Shown here: positions 1 to 8,769 of the stretch, in pieces
Layout of the letters: each line of letters starts with the position of its first letter
Numbering within the stretch: the first letter of the stretch is position 1
Source: Patescibacteria group bacterium
GTDB taxonomy: Bacteria; Patescibacteriota; Microgenomatia; Woykebacterales; RBG-16-39-9b
NCBI GenBank assembly: GCA_025449635.1
Contig: JANWIZ010000006.1
Span: 1 to 51,491 of the forward strand
DNA: 51,491 bases
Direction of reading: 5' to 3'
The notes under the pieces: model-generated
What the model saw: only the letters and a program-made list of their open reading frames with translations
Database searches by the model: none
Told to the model about the DNA's origin: nothing
Translations under genes and position numbers: made by a program

Positions 1-890
1 AAATAACGAACTTCCTCAACCAAATCAATTGAGAATTTTTCTTTAACTGAAGATTTCATTAGATTGATAAGTTCTTTAACGTCTGCTGCTCGAGCGTTTC
101 CGGTGTTGATAATAAAATTCGCGTGTTGATCGGAAATTTTAGCTCCACCGATCACAGTTCCCTTTAGACCACATTGATCTATCAACGCTCCAGCCTTAGC
201 CCCGTCTGGATTTCGAAAAGTCGAACCAACCGACGGTCCTGCAGGATGATGAGCTTTTCTTACCAATATATCTTTAACTTTTTCATCAATCTGCTCTTTT
301 GTCATTTTTTCTAGTTTCAGCTTTGCCGAAAGAATAACTTCTCCTGAGGTTTGAAACCGACTCGTTCGATAAGAAAAGTCAGCATTTTCTGAAAATATTT
401 TTTTTACCTTACCGTCTTTATCAATTATTTTTATCGAAACCACCAAATCGCCAAAAAACTCACTTTTACCCGTATCTCCGGCGTTCATATAAATTGCGCC
501 ACCAACCGTACAGGGAACCTTAGTCAATCTCTCAAGACCACCCAAACCTCTATTGATTGCTTCTCTAGTAAGATTGATAATATTCACTCCTGAATCAACT
601 TCAACAAAATCGTGCGGTAAAAACTTAATAGACTTTGTTTTATTGACAATAGCCAAACCTCGTATCCCTTTATCCGAAACCAAAACATTGGCACCTAGTC
701 CAATAACTGTGTAAGCTACTCCTAACTCATTTGCGGTTTGAACAGATTCAATCAGCTCCTCTTCAGTTTCTGCTTCGAAATAAAGATCAGCCGGTCCCCC
801 AACTTTAATCCAAGTGTGAAGACTCATTGGTTCGTTTAGCTTGACTCTATTAAACCCTAATTTTCGAATTAACTCTTCAGATGAATCCAT
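1..890 (-). CDS. murB: UDP-N-acetylenolpyruvoylglucosamine reductase (3' end runs off the window; absent from the ORF track)
   Basis: Manual translation from ATG at 890: MDSSEELIRKLG..SLHTWIKVGGPADLY..GLGANVLVSDKG..TVGGAIYMNAG..FSYRTSRF..SVGSTFRNP..AGALIDQCGLKG..GGAKISDQHANFIIN..EEVRY; follows murC. Confidence 0.95.
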   Translation of the reverse strand, partial: MDSSEELIRKLGFNRVKLNEPMSLHTWIKVGGPADLYFEAETEEELIESVQTANELGVAYTVIGLGANVLVSDKGIRGLAIVNKTKSIKFLPHDFVEVDSGVNIINLTREAINRGLGGLERLTKVPCTVGGAIYMNAGDTGKSEFFGDLVVSIKIIDKDGKVKKIFSENADFSYRTSRFQTSGEVILSAKLKLEKMTKEQIDEKVKDILVRKAHHPAGPSVGSTFRNPDGAKAGALIDQCGLKGTVIGGAKISDQHANFIINTGNARAADVKELINLMKSSVKEKFSIDLVEEVRY

Positions 891-892
891 CC

Positions 893-2179
893 TTAACCTC
901 GATTCTTTAGCTTTTCTAAGAAAATGCTCGAAAGTTTGTAAATATCCCCAGCTCCCATAACAATAACAATATCGTTTGCTTGGGTGCTTGTATTCAAATA
1001 TTCAGCTGATTCTTCAAACCTTGGGATATATTTAACACTTTCTCTTTTTACAGCATCAACAATATCTCTGCTTGAAATATTCTCCTTATTTTCTTGCCTT
1101 GCCGCAAAAATATCTACCAAAATTATTTCGTGAATATTGAGTGAGCTAAAAACTTTAACAAAATCATCAAACAAATACTTTGTGCGACTAAACATATGTG
1201 GTTGATAAACCAGCCAAATTCTCTTTCCCTGAAATTCTTTTTCAGCTGCTTCAATAGTGGCTTTAATTGCTGTTGGGTGGTGACCATAATCATCAAAAAC
1301 TTTGACACCTTTTTCTTCACCCTTTAACTCAAATCTTCTTGAAATCCCCCCAAACCTGGATAAAGATTCTTTAATTTTCGCATCTTCAACCCCTAATACA
1401 GATGCAACTGTTGCCGCAACAGAAGCATTGGTTTGATTTAGCTCTCCAATTAACTTTAGATTGATCTTCTGCTTTTCAACAGTTTTTTTTCTAATTTTAC
1501 CGACCTCAAGATCAACATTTTCCCCTAAAACTATCGTACCTTCTTCATCAGTCTGGGAAATAAATTTTTGAAAAGCAGACTTCACTGCCTCTTCATTAGA
1601 AAAATATTCTGGATGGTCCATCTCAATCGCAGTCACAACGGAAACAAAAGGGTGATAGAGCAGAAATTTCTCCTGGTATTCATCTGCTTCGAGAACAAAA
1701 TAATCTCCATGTCCAATGCGATAATTCTTCCTCCAATCAAGAACAACTGCTCCAACAAAAACACTGGGATCAAATCCACTATCTTCCAATATTTTTCCAA
1801 CCATCGCAGTTGTTGTGGATTTTCCATGTGTACCGGTTATCGCGATTATTTTTTTGTCTGCTATCATATACTGAGAAAGAAATTCTTCACCAAGCAGAAC
1901 TGGAAGATTCTTTTCTTTTGCTGCTAATAACTCTTTATTATTCGAATCCAAACTTTCAATAGCTGGGGATACTACCAAAATATCGGCGCTTTCTAAGTGC
2001 TTCTCGTCGTGATTTGAGAAAATTTCAACATTGTCATATGAAAGTTGTTTTAAAAATTGAGACTCGAGATCCAGATCACAACCAGAAATTTTGAAACCAG
2101 CTGCTTTTGCAAACGCAGCCACTGCAGAAACTCCTGCCCCACCAATACCCATGAAGTGAACTCGTTTACCCGTTTCCAT
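893..2179 (-). CDS. murC: UDP-N-acetylmuramate--L-alanine ligase
   Basis: HFMGIGGAGVS, GTHGKSTTT P-loop, EADE, DH, RRFE, DDYGHHPT, YQPH, MGAGDI motifs. Confidence 0.95.
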   Translation of the reverse strand: METGKRVHFMGIGGAGVSAVAAFAKAAGFKISGCDLDLESQFLKQLSYDNVEIFSNHDEKHLESADILVVSPAIESLDSNNKELLAAKEKNLPVLLGEEFLSQYMIADKKIIAITGTHGKSTTTAMVGKILEDSGFDPSVFVGAVVLDWRKNYRIGHGDYFVLEADEYQEKFLLYHPFVSVVTAIEMDHPEYFSNEEAVKSAFQKFISQTDEEGTIVLGENVDLEVGKIRKKTVEKQKINLKLIGELNQTNASVAATVASVLGVEDAKIKESLSRFGGISRRFELKGEEKGVKVFDDYGHHPTAIKATIEAAEKEFQGKRIWLVYQPHMFSRTKYLFDDFVKVFSSLNIHEIILVDIFAARQENKENISSRDIVDAVKRESVKYIPRFEESAEYLNTSTQANDIVIVMGAGDIYKLSSIFLEKLKNRG

Positions 2180-2918
2180 TTAGCCTTTCTTTCATCAATT
2201 TGTTAGCCAATTCTAATTCCTCTGGTGTATTTACCCCAACCCATTCCTCTACCCCAACTTCAAAACCCAATACTTTTTCTCCACTATTAAATGCTACCGT
2301 TACCAAATCTGGCAAAATCAATTCCCCTTTACCCACCTTACTAGGTTTCAACTTAGCATAATTTTTGTTAAACCACTCTCTTTCGACAAAATAAGTTGCA
2401 GCGTTAACTTCGTTAATTTGCTTTTCTTCATCTGTTGCAGTTTCTTTCTCAACGATTGCAACCACATTTCCATCTTTATTTCTTATGACACGACCAAAAG
2501 CCCCAGGATTGTTCAGTTTTACAGTTGTAAAGCCAATTTTAAAATCGCTAGCTTTTCTAATAAAACTTTCGATTGTTTCTTTGCTGTAAAAAGCACTATC
2601 ATCCCCTTGAATTATCAATAAATGCGTAATGTCATTAACTATTTGTTCCTCACCAACTTTTGCAGCGTGTGCAGTTCCTTTTCTTTCCTCTTGAACTGCA
2701 AATTTCACTTGCCTGGAAAAAGCTTCTCTAACCAAATCAGCTTTATAGCCAATCACCATCACAATCTCATTAAAATCAAGCGCTTTCAACAAATCAAGGG
2801 TGTACGAAACCATAGGTCGATCACAAATTTCATACAAAACTTTAGGTTTTTCTGAAGGTTCTCCTAGATTTAACCGAGTGCCAGAGCCTGCTGCCAAAAT
2901 AATTGCTCCAACTTTCAT
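2166..2918 (-). CDS. Stand-alone GlmU N-terminal-type sugar-1-phosphate nucleotidyltransferase (probable GlcNAc-1-P uridyltransferase); no acetyltransferase domain
   Basis: ILAAGSGTRL, KPKVL, QEERKGTAHA, GDD, FGRVIR, IVEK, EVNA, GVNT motifs; stops at 250 aa, where the GlmU beta-helix would begin. Confidence 0.85.
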   Translation of the reverse strand: MKVGAIILAAGSGTRLNLGEPSEKPKVLYEICDRPMVSYTLDLLKALDFNEIVMVIGYKADLVREAFSRQVKFAVQEERKGTAHAAKVGEEQIVNDITHLLIIQGDDSAFYSKETIESFIRKASDFKIGFTTVKLNNPGAFGRVIRNKDGNVVAIVEKETATDEEKQINEVNAATYFVEREWFNKNYAKLKPSKVGKGELILPDLVTVAFNSGEKVLGFEVGVEEWVGVNTPEELELANKLMKERLNGNG

Positions 2919-2956
2919 AAGCTACCTCTATTTTTATATAAATAAAAACTGCTTGT

Positions 2957-3000
2957 GAATGCATGGTTCTTTGAGCGTAGTGAAAAGGTTCTTACTTTCA
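2957..3000. repeat. Dispersed ~45-bp intergenic repeat, copy 1 (REP-like hairpin between GGTTCTT direct repeats)
   Basis: gaatgcatggttctttgagcg-tagtgaaaaggttcttactttca aligns 39/45 with 18563-18607. Confidence 0.85.
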
Positions 3001-4272
3001 TAATTTAAGCCTTTTCCGTAAAGCCTTAGTCGCTGTTTCCTTATCGCTCCAAGGATACTCTACACCAGCTATATTCATACTTTTTTCATGCCCCTTACCC
3101 AAAATGACAACACAATCCCCCTTTTCAGCCAAATTCATGACAGCTTTCTCAATTGCTTCCGACCGATCAACAATTTTCCAATAATTTTGATTATTGACCC
3201 CACCTGCTTTAACGATTCCTTTCTCGATTTCTTCAATTATTTTCTCTGGTTTTTCACTTCTAGGATCCTCTGACGTGACTACAATTAAATCTGCTTTTTC
3301 TTGCGCGACATGGCCCATCAAAGCTCTCTTACTTCTATCTCGTTCTCCAGCCGCCCCAAAAACACAGATTAACCGCTTTGGAGTAATTTTTTTCAGCGTC
3401 TGTAAAGAAACCTCAATCGAACGTGGGGTATGGGCAAAGTCGATAAACACTTTAAAGTCTTGTCCTAAACTAATTCTATCCATCCTACCTTCCACCCCAG
3501 GAAAAGATTCGATTGCTTCAGTAATTTTTTTATCCTCTAAACCTAAAGTTTTACTAACCGCAAATGCAGCTAAAATATTTGATAAATTAAAATCCCCTAT
3601 CAAATTACTCTGAACCACCATAGTCTTTAACATTTTTTGTTTAGTTTTATAGTGAATACCATAATTTGTATACTCGTCAAAATAATTAACCACTTCACCC
3701 ATATAGTCAGCCCCATCTTTACCAAAAGAAATCAGTTGCCCCTTACCCATCATTTTTAATCTTTCAAAAGAAGGGTCTTCATTATTCAGTATTCGAAAAT
3801 TCACTTTGCTTAAAATTTTTGCTTTAGTTAATAAATAGGATTTAAAACTTCGGTGATAGTCTAAATGTTCTTGAGTTACGTTTGTAATCAAACCAATATG
3901 CAATGGAACAAAGGCAACTCTATTTTGATCAAGACCGTGAGATGTGATCTCTAAGACAACTATCTCAATACCAAAGTCAACCATCTTTCGCAGAAGCTTC
4001 TGTATTTGGAAAGCTCCTGGTGTCGTCACATGGAACCCAGTATCAATTCTTTCCCCAGAAATTTTCGCTTCAACAGTGGAGATCATACCAATTTTAGAGT
4101 CAGTTTTACTTAGAATATGATAAATGAGATTGACTGTAGTCGTTTTTCCGTCTGTTCCGGTAACACCAATAACTTTAAGTTTACGAGCCGGAAAACGGTA
4201 AAAAAGAGCTGCTAAAAAAGCTACGAGCAGATGATAGAAATTTTTTGCAGGTTGCGGAATCCTTTTTTTCAT
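2998..4272 (-). CDS. murE: UDP-MurNAc-tripeptide synthetase (lacks the usual N-terminal domain)
   Basis: IGVTGTDGKTTT, TTP, LEITSHGLDQNRV, TNVTQEHLDYH, GRM, DFAHTP, VFGAAGERD, SEDPRSE, LGKGHE. Confidence 0.93.
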   Translation of the reverse strand: MKKRIPQPAKNFYHLLVAFLAALFYRFPARKLKVIGVTGTDGKTTTVNLIYHILSKTDSKIGMISTVEAKISGERIDTGFHVTTPGAFQIQKLLRKMVDFGIEIVVLEITSHGLDQNRVAFVPLHIGLITNVTQEHLDYHRSFKSYLLTKAKILSKVNFRILNNEDPSFERLKMMGKGQLISFGKDGADYMGEVVNYFDEYTNYGIHYKTKQKMLKTMVVQSNLIGDFNLSNILAAFAVSKTLGLEDKKITEAIESFPGVEGRMDRISLGQDFKVFIDFAHTPRSIEVSLQTLKKITPKRLICVFGAAGERDRSKRALMGHVAQEKADLIVVTSEDPRSEKPEKIIEEIEKGIVKAGGVNNQNYWKIVDRSEAIEKAVMNLAEKGDCVVILGKGHEKSMNIAGVEYPWSDKETATKALRKRLKL

Positions 4273-4335
4273 TAATAATTGTTCTTGGATGTTACCACAT
4301 AGCCTGCTTCAAGCTCAAACTAGTAGTGTAATAAT

Positions 4336-6111
4336 TTACTGCAGAGCAATGCCCCAATAAGTATAAAGTTCTTTGGCTATTTTGAAAAAAGTCGGTTCAG
4401 CTGTTTCTGCACCATAAATAGGAGTTGGTTCTACATATTTTACAATCATTACGAATTTGGGGTTTTCGATTGGTCCAAAGCCAACAAACGAGGCTATAGT
4501 TTTTCCTGGATCATATCTTCCATTAAGCGGGATTTGGGCAGTACCTGTTTTTCCGCCAACTCTCATGCCTTTTGGAACGATTCTCCTTGCCTCACCGTTT
4601 TCAACTGCTGAAAGTAACAATTCTTTCATCGTTGTAGCCACTTCAGATTTAATTACCCGCTTTACTTCTTTAGTCTCAGATTTTACCTCTTTATTACCAG
4701 TTTGTATTTTTTTCACTATGTGCGGTTTCATTAAGATACCATCGTTTGCAATTGCCCCAACAGAAACTGCCAGCTGCAATGCTGTGGTTGAAACTCCTTG
4801 ACCAAATGAAGCTGTAACTAAATCTATCTCTCCCCAGTCTTGAAGTTTCTTTATCAAACCTGTACCTTCTCCTTGAAGATCAATTCCTGTGGCTGTACCA
4901 ATACCGAAATTTTTAATATAGGAAATAAATTTTTTCTTACCTAATTGCTGTCCCCAAAAAGCAGCTCCAATATTATCTGAACGCTGCAGAATTTGTGCCA
5001 TTGTAGAATTTGGGTTATATTTGTTGTTCCAGGTCTGAACCTCATACCCAGCAATTTTAAGTGCGCTGCTACAAGGACAAATGCTATCTATTTTTACTGC
5101 TCCTGCATCCAGCGACGAAGCTGCAGTTAAAGCTTTAAACGTAGATCCTGGTTCATACGCATCACTAATTGCTCTATTTTTTAGAATACTAGCGTCAAAA
5201 CTACTCCATTTGCTTGGATCAAAGTTAGGATAGTTTGCAATAGCTAAGACTTCCCCACTGCTTGGATCTAATACTACTGCTGATGCTTCTTTGGCACCGT
5301 ATTTCTTCGCTCCATCAAATAAATACTTTTCAACAGTATATTGGACTGTACGATCAATCGTTAATTGAATATCAAATCCTTCTTTTGGCCGGGACTCTGC
5401 ATTATCAACAGCAATAATTGGCCGACCTTGAGCATCTACTTCTTGAGTAAGTTTACCTGTTCGTCCTTGCAGTTGATCTTGATAAAAACCCTCTACCCCA
5501 AGATAACCCTCATCATTTCCATCACTGTCTTTTCCGACAAACCCAAGTACAGATGAGGCTAGTTCTCCTTCAGGGTAGAATCTAGTACTTTGTTCCTCAA
5601 ATCCTAAACCATTTATCTTTAATTGTTCGATTTTTTCATACGCTTCCTGAGATATTTTTCTTGCTAAAGGAACCCAAATTAGGTTTGTGCTATGAAGTTG
5701 CTGTGAAATTCGATTCTTTAAATTAGCTTCAATTGTTTCCTTTTCTTTTCGTAATAGTTTATCTGGGTCCTTTTTTTGTGAAACTTCTTCCTGATATAAG
5801 ATAGGGGTCAGCTGTTCAATGATTTTTTCAACTGTGTCTTCATATTTTTGCCCGTTCTTTAGCGTTTTTTTAATATCCGGAATAAGTGCATAAAGCAAAT
5901 AGGCAGGTTCGTTAGACACCAACAAACTTCCATCTGAAGAATAAATACGGCCACGTGGAGATTCTATGTTTACAGTAGTTAAATGTTGTTCACTGGCAAC
6001 AACTGACAGATTAGTATAATTAACTATCTGCCAATAAAATAGTCTTCCAGAAATACTTAGGAATAAGATCAGGAAAAAGATTTTTATCAAGCCGAAACGC
6101 CAAGTTTTCAT
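4336..6111 (-). CDS. ftsI: Class B penicillin-binding protein (division transpeptidase)
   Basis: N-terminal TM; RGRIY, RFYP.G, EPGSTFK (SxxK), SDN, KTGTAQ; position after ftsL. Confidence 0.92.
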   Translation of the reverse strand: MKTWRFGLIKIFFLILFLSISGRLFYWQIVNYTNLSVVASEQHLTTVNIESPRGRIYSSDGSLLVSNEPAYLLYALIPDIKKTLKNGQKYEDTVEKIIEQLTPILYQEEVSQKKDPDKLLRKEKETIEANLKNRISQQLHSTNLIWVPLARKISQEAYEKIEQLKINGLGFEEQSTRFYPEGELASSVLGFVGKDSDGNDEGYLGVEGFYQDQLQGRTGKLTQEVDAQGRPIIAVDNAESRPKEGFDIQLTIDRTVQYTVEKYLFDGAKKYGAKEASAVVLDPSSGEVLAIANYPNFDPSKWSSFDASILKNRAISDAYEPGSTFKALTAASSLDAGAVKIDSICPCSSALKIAGYEVQTWNNKYNPNSTMAQILQRSDNIGAAFWGQQLGKKKFISYIKNFGIGTATGIDLQGEGTGLIKKLQDWGEIDLVTASFGQGVSTTALQLAVSVGAIANDGILMKPHIVKKIQTGNKEVKSETKEVKRVIKSEVATTMKELLLSAVENGEARRIVPKGMRVGGKTGTAQIPLNGRYDPGKTIASFVGFGPIENPKFVMIVKYVEPTPIYGAETAEPTFFKIAKELYTYWGIALQ

Positions 6112-6446
6112 TGCTTAAGAGCAACAGGTGAGATTGGCTTGAGAGTTTCAACTTTGGTTATCTTTACTAGACCCATTTCCTTGGCTTTACTTTCCAGATA
6201 ACCAAGCGTAGATCTCAAACTTATCTCATTTTCTAATTGGTAGTTTTCTTTTTCAAGTTCAATCGCCTTACGTTCAGAATAATTTACAGCAGCTCCCGAA
6301 ACAGCTAATTGATTGGAAAAATATATTTGTACAGTCAAGAGACCGAGAGTTAAAAGCCCCAAACTAAAAATTATTTTTTGATAGACAAAAAAATTCTTTG
6401 AGCGATTAGCAACATTTTTAATTGTTTGTTTTCTTACAAGTCTCAT
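6108..6446 (-). CDS. ftsL: FtsL-like cell division protein
   Basis: Basic N-terminus, single TM, coiled coil ending LESKAKEMGL; canonical position between rsmH and ftsI. Confidence 0.75.
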   Translation of the reverse strand: MRLVRKQTIKNVANRSKNFFVYQKIIFSLGLLTLGLLTVQIYFSNQLAVSGAAVNYSERKAIELEKENYQLENEISLRSTLGYLESKAKEMGLVKITKVETLKPISPVALKQ

Positions 6447-6462
6447 GGGCAGGTACGACTTT

Positions 6463-7365
6463 CTAAATTTTTTCAGCTATACGCAATTTTGCACTCCGTG
6501 AACGAGGATTTAACTTCTGCTCCTCCAAAGCGGCGATAATTGGTTTTTCATTTATCAACTTCAGATGTTGTTCGTTTTTAAAAAAGTCTTTAACAATTTT
6601 ATCTTCTAGCGAGTGGAAGCTAATAACTACCAGTCTTCCTCCGATACTTAGGGCTCTGACAGCCTTTGGTAACGCTTGTTTTATATTATTTAGTTCATCA
6701 TTGACTGCAATTCTTAGTGACATAAAAACTTTTGTTGCTGGGTGTATCTTATCTAAACCAAGTTTCTTCTCACCGATAATTCTTACTAAATCCTTCGTCG
6801 TTTCAATACTCTGTGTTCTTCGGTATCTGACGATATCACGAGCAATAGATCGTGCATGATGTTCTCCACCCAGTTTAGTAAAAAGCTCATATAATTCTCC
6901 TTCATTTAAAACTTCTAATAATTCTTTGGCTGAAACAGTAAGTCTACTATCAAGTCTCATATCCAAAGGTCCTTCCTTCGAAAACGAAAATCCTCTTTCT
7001 GCGGTATCTAGCTGATAGCTCGAAACGCCTAGATCAAACAAAACTCCTGATATTTTTTCCACTTTACTTCTCTCAACTACCGTGTCTAGATCTTTAAAAT
7101 TTTCCCAATAAATTTTTAGCTTCTCCTCTGGTGTTACCCAAACCCCATCTTTTTCAACCAACCCAAACGATTGCTTTGCGTTTTCTATCGCCTCTAAATC
7201 AACTTCCAAACCAACTACCTTACCTCCTAAATTCAGAATCTCCTTGCTATGAGTACCTCCCCCAAACGTACAGTCCAAATAAACTTCTTCTGGGAAGATA
7301 CTGAGACCTTGGAGCACCTCTGTCATCAATACACCAGTGTGAAAGTTGTTTTCTTTTTTTATCAT
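6463..7365 (-). CDS. rsmH: 16S rRNA m4C1402 methyltransferase
   Basis: DCTFGGGTHS, DLGVSSYQLD..RGFSF, PLDMR, HPATKVF, ISFHSLED, NPRSRSAKLR; ATG at 7365 (TTG at 7368 possible). Confidence 0.97.
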   Translation of the reverse strand: MIKKENNFHTGVLMTEVLQGLSIFPEEVYLDCTFGGGTHSKEILNLGGKVVGLEVDLEAIENAKQSFGLVEKDGVWVTPEEKLKIYWENFKDLDTVVERSKVEKISGVLFDLGVSSYQLDTAERGFSFSKEGPLDMRLDSRLTVSAKELLEVLNEGELYELFTKLGGEHHARSIARDIVRYRRTQSIETTKDLVRIIGEKKLGLDKIHPATKVFMSLRIAVNDELNNIKQALPKAVRALSIGGRLVVISFHSLEDKIVKDFFKNEQHLKLINEKPIIAALEEQKLNPRSRSAKLRIAEKI

Positions 7366-7368
7366 CAA

Positions 7369-7800
7369 TTAGATCCCACTCTCAGACAATTTTTCGGCAA
7401 TTTCTTCACTCTTATTCTCGATTTTCTTGTTATAGACTTTCCAAATTCTTTTTGACCAAATTTCTACTCTTGACGCGACTCCGATTATCAAAACTTCCTT
7501 TTCGAGGTTAGCAAAACTAATCAAATGTTCTGGAATCATAATTCTCCCCAACTTATCAAAGCTAACCTCAACAGCGCTACTAAATAGATAGCGTGAGAAA
7601 GCTCTTGCATCAGATCCGGTAAGCGGTAATTGTTGTACCGAAGAGCTCAGGTTATTCCATTCTTGTTTAGGGTATAAAAAGAGGCATCCGTCTAAACCTT
7701 GTGTTAGAACGCATGCAAATTCCAACTTATCCCGAAATTTCTTTGGGATAGCTAATCTTCCTTTGTGATCAAGGTTATGTAGGTATCTGCCGAGTAACAA
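7369..7800 (-). CDS. mraZ: Division/cell wall cluster transcriptional repressor
   Basis: LDHKGRLAIP, GLDGCLFLYP, DKLGRIMIP, RVEIWS; TTG start. Confidence 0.97.
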   Translation of the reverse strand: MLLGRYLHNLDHKGRLAIPKKFRDKLEFACVLTQGLDGCLFLYPKQEWNNLSSSVQQLPLTGSDARAFSRYLFSSAVEVSFDKLGRIMIPEHLISFANLEKEVLIIGVASRVEIWSKRIWKVYNKKIENKSEEIAEKLSESGI

Positions 7801-7811
7801 TTTTTATACAG

Positions 7812-7930
7812 TTTGGGCAGATAACTGTCTCCAAAGGTACTCTCTTATGCTTTCAAAGTGCTAGAGGAGTACCAGCTGTCCAGAAGGGCAGGCAAACATG
7901 GTTCATATACGTTTAGACTCTAAGTATATG
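7812..7930 (-). other. Hairpin-rich mraZ 5' leader (four consecutive stem-loops), candidate structured RNA
   Basis: Inverted repeats at 7812-7835 (tttgg/ccaaa), 7836-7873 (ggtactc/gagtacc), 7876-7891 (ctgtcc/gggcag), 7904-7930 (catatac/gtatatg). Confidence 0.5.
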
Positions 7931-7948
7931 CAGGGTAAAAATATGTTT

Positions 7949-7972
7949 CCACAATTTACCACTTTTTACCAC
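7949..7972 (-). promoter_or_regulatory. MraZ binding repeats (3 x GTGG, 10-bp period)
   Basis: CCAC on + at 7949, 7959 and 7969; matches the known MraZ operator architecture; lies at the predicted transcription start. Confidence 0.88.
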
Positions 7973-7979
7973 TGAATTT

Positions 7980-8008
7980 ATTCTATTACCCACACCACAC
8001 TCGGTCAA
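7980..8008 (-). promoter_or_regulatory. Sigma70 promoter of the dcw operon
   Basis: TTGACC (8008-8003), 17-nt spacer, TAGAAT (7985-7980). Confidence 0.8.
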
Positions 8009-8085
8009 GCCACTACATATGCAATAGAAAATAGTTACAGGATACTAAATATAGTACTTCCTGCTCTATATCAGGTTGGAAATTA

Positions 8086-8094
8086 TGATATGAT
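8086..8094 (+). promoter_or_regulatory. Extended -10 promoter of the acetyltransferase/citrate cleavage operon
   Basis: TGaTATGAT, 12 nt upstream of ATG 8107. Confidence 0.55.
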
Positions 8095-8106
8095 TACTGA
8101 TAAACT

Positions 8107-8769
8107 ATGGACTGGCATAACCTAATTGATCTAAAAAATTCGCCTCATTTAAATTTTCTACAAAGTAAGGGTTCGTTCTGGGAGGCAATTGTGGATTTGG
8201 AAAACTATATAGACGAGTTCTTCAAAAACCCTCCGGCTGAGTTTTCCAAAAATAATAATCTTCTTCTAGGAAGAGGGGTAAAGATTGCTAAAACCGCTAC
8301 AATTTTAGGAAAAGCAGTTATTGGAGCAAATAGTGAGGTCAAGGACAGTGTTTTGTTGCGTGATGGGGTGGTTATAGGTGAAAACTGTATCATTGGTCAC
8401 GCATCCGAAGTCAAGCATTCCATGATTCTAGATAGTTCCAACATTGCCCACCTAAATTACGTGGGTGATTCTTTGATCGGTAGTAAAGTTAATATTGCTG
8501 CTGGGGTAATCGTTGCAAATGTTAAAAGTGGTGCGAGAAACAGCGAGGTGTTTGTTGAAGTCTCAGGAGAAAAGGTCGCAACTGGACTTCAAAAATTAGG
8601 AGCCCTGGTCGGCGATGGGACAAAAATCGGTAGTAATTGTGTCCTTGATCCTGGGGTTATACTAGGAAAAAATATTATTACTTACCCATTAACACCCATT
8701 CGGGGAACTTTTCCAAGTAATAAAATTATAAAGTATAAACCAAATCTCGAAATTGTAGATAAAGAATGA
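8107..8769 (+). CDS. Left-handed beta-helix acetyltransferase resembling the C-terminal domain of archaeal-type GlmU (probable glucosamine-1-P N-acetyltransferase)
   Basis: Hexapeptide repeats; SEVKHSMI, HLNYVGDSLIG..VNIAAG.IVAN, TGLQKLGALVGD..KIG.N motifs; no nucleotidyltransferase domain. Confidence 0.8.
   Translation: MDWHNLIDLKNSPHLNFLQSKGSFWEAIVDLENYIDEFFKNPPAEFSKNNNLLLGRGVKIAKTATILGKAVIGANSEVKDSVLLRDGVVIGENCIIGHASEVKHSMILDSSNIAHLNYVGDSLIGSKVNIAAGVIVANVKSGARNSEVFVEVSGEKVATGLQKLGALVGDGTKIGSNCVLDPGVILGKNIITYPLTPIRGTFPSNKIIKYKPNLEIVDKE

Noticed and set aside
7853..7855. Selenocysteine or code-25 readthrough of TGA
   Set aside because: TGA terminates bona fide genes here (murE, manC, rmlB) and no SECIS-like support is evident
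7811..7897. tRNA or SRP RNA
   Set aside because: Cloverleaf-like pairing is possible, but there is no TTCGA T-loop, 7-bp acceptor stem or SRP GGAAGGAAGCAG core
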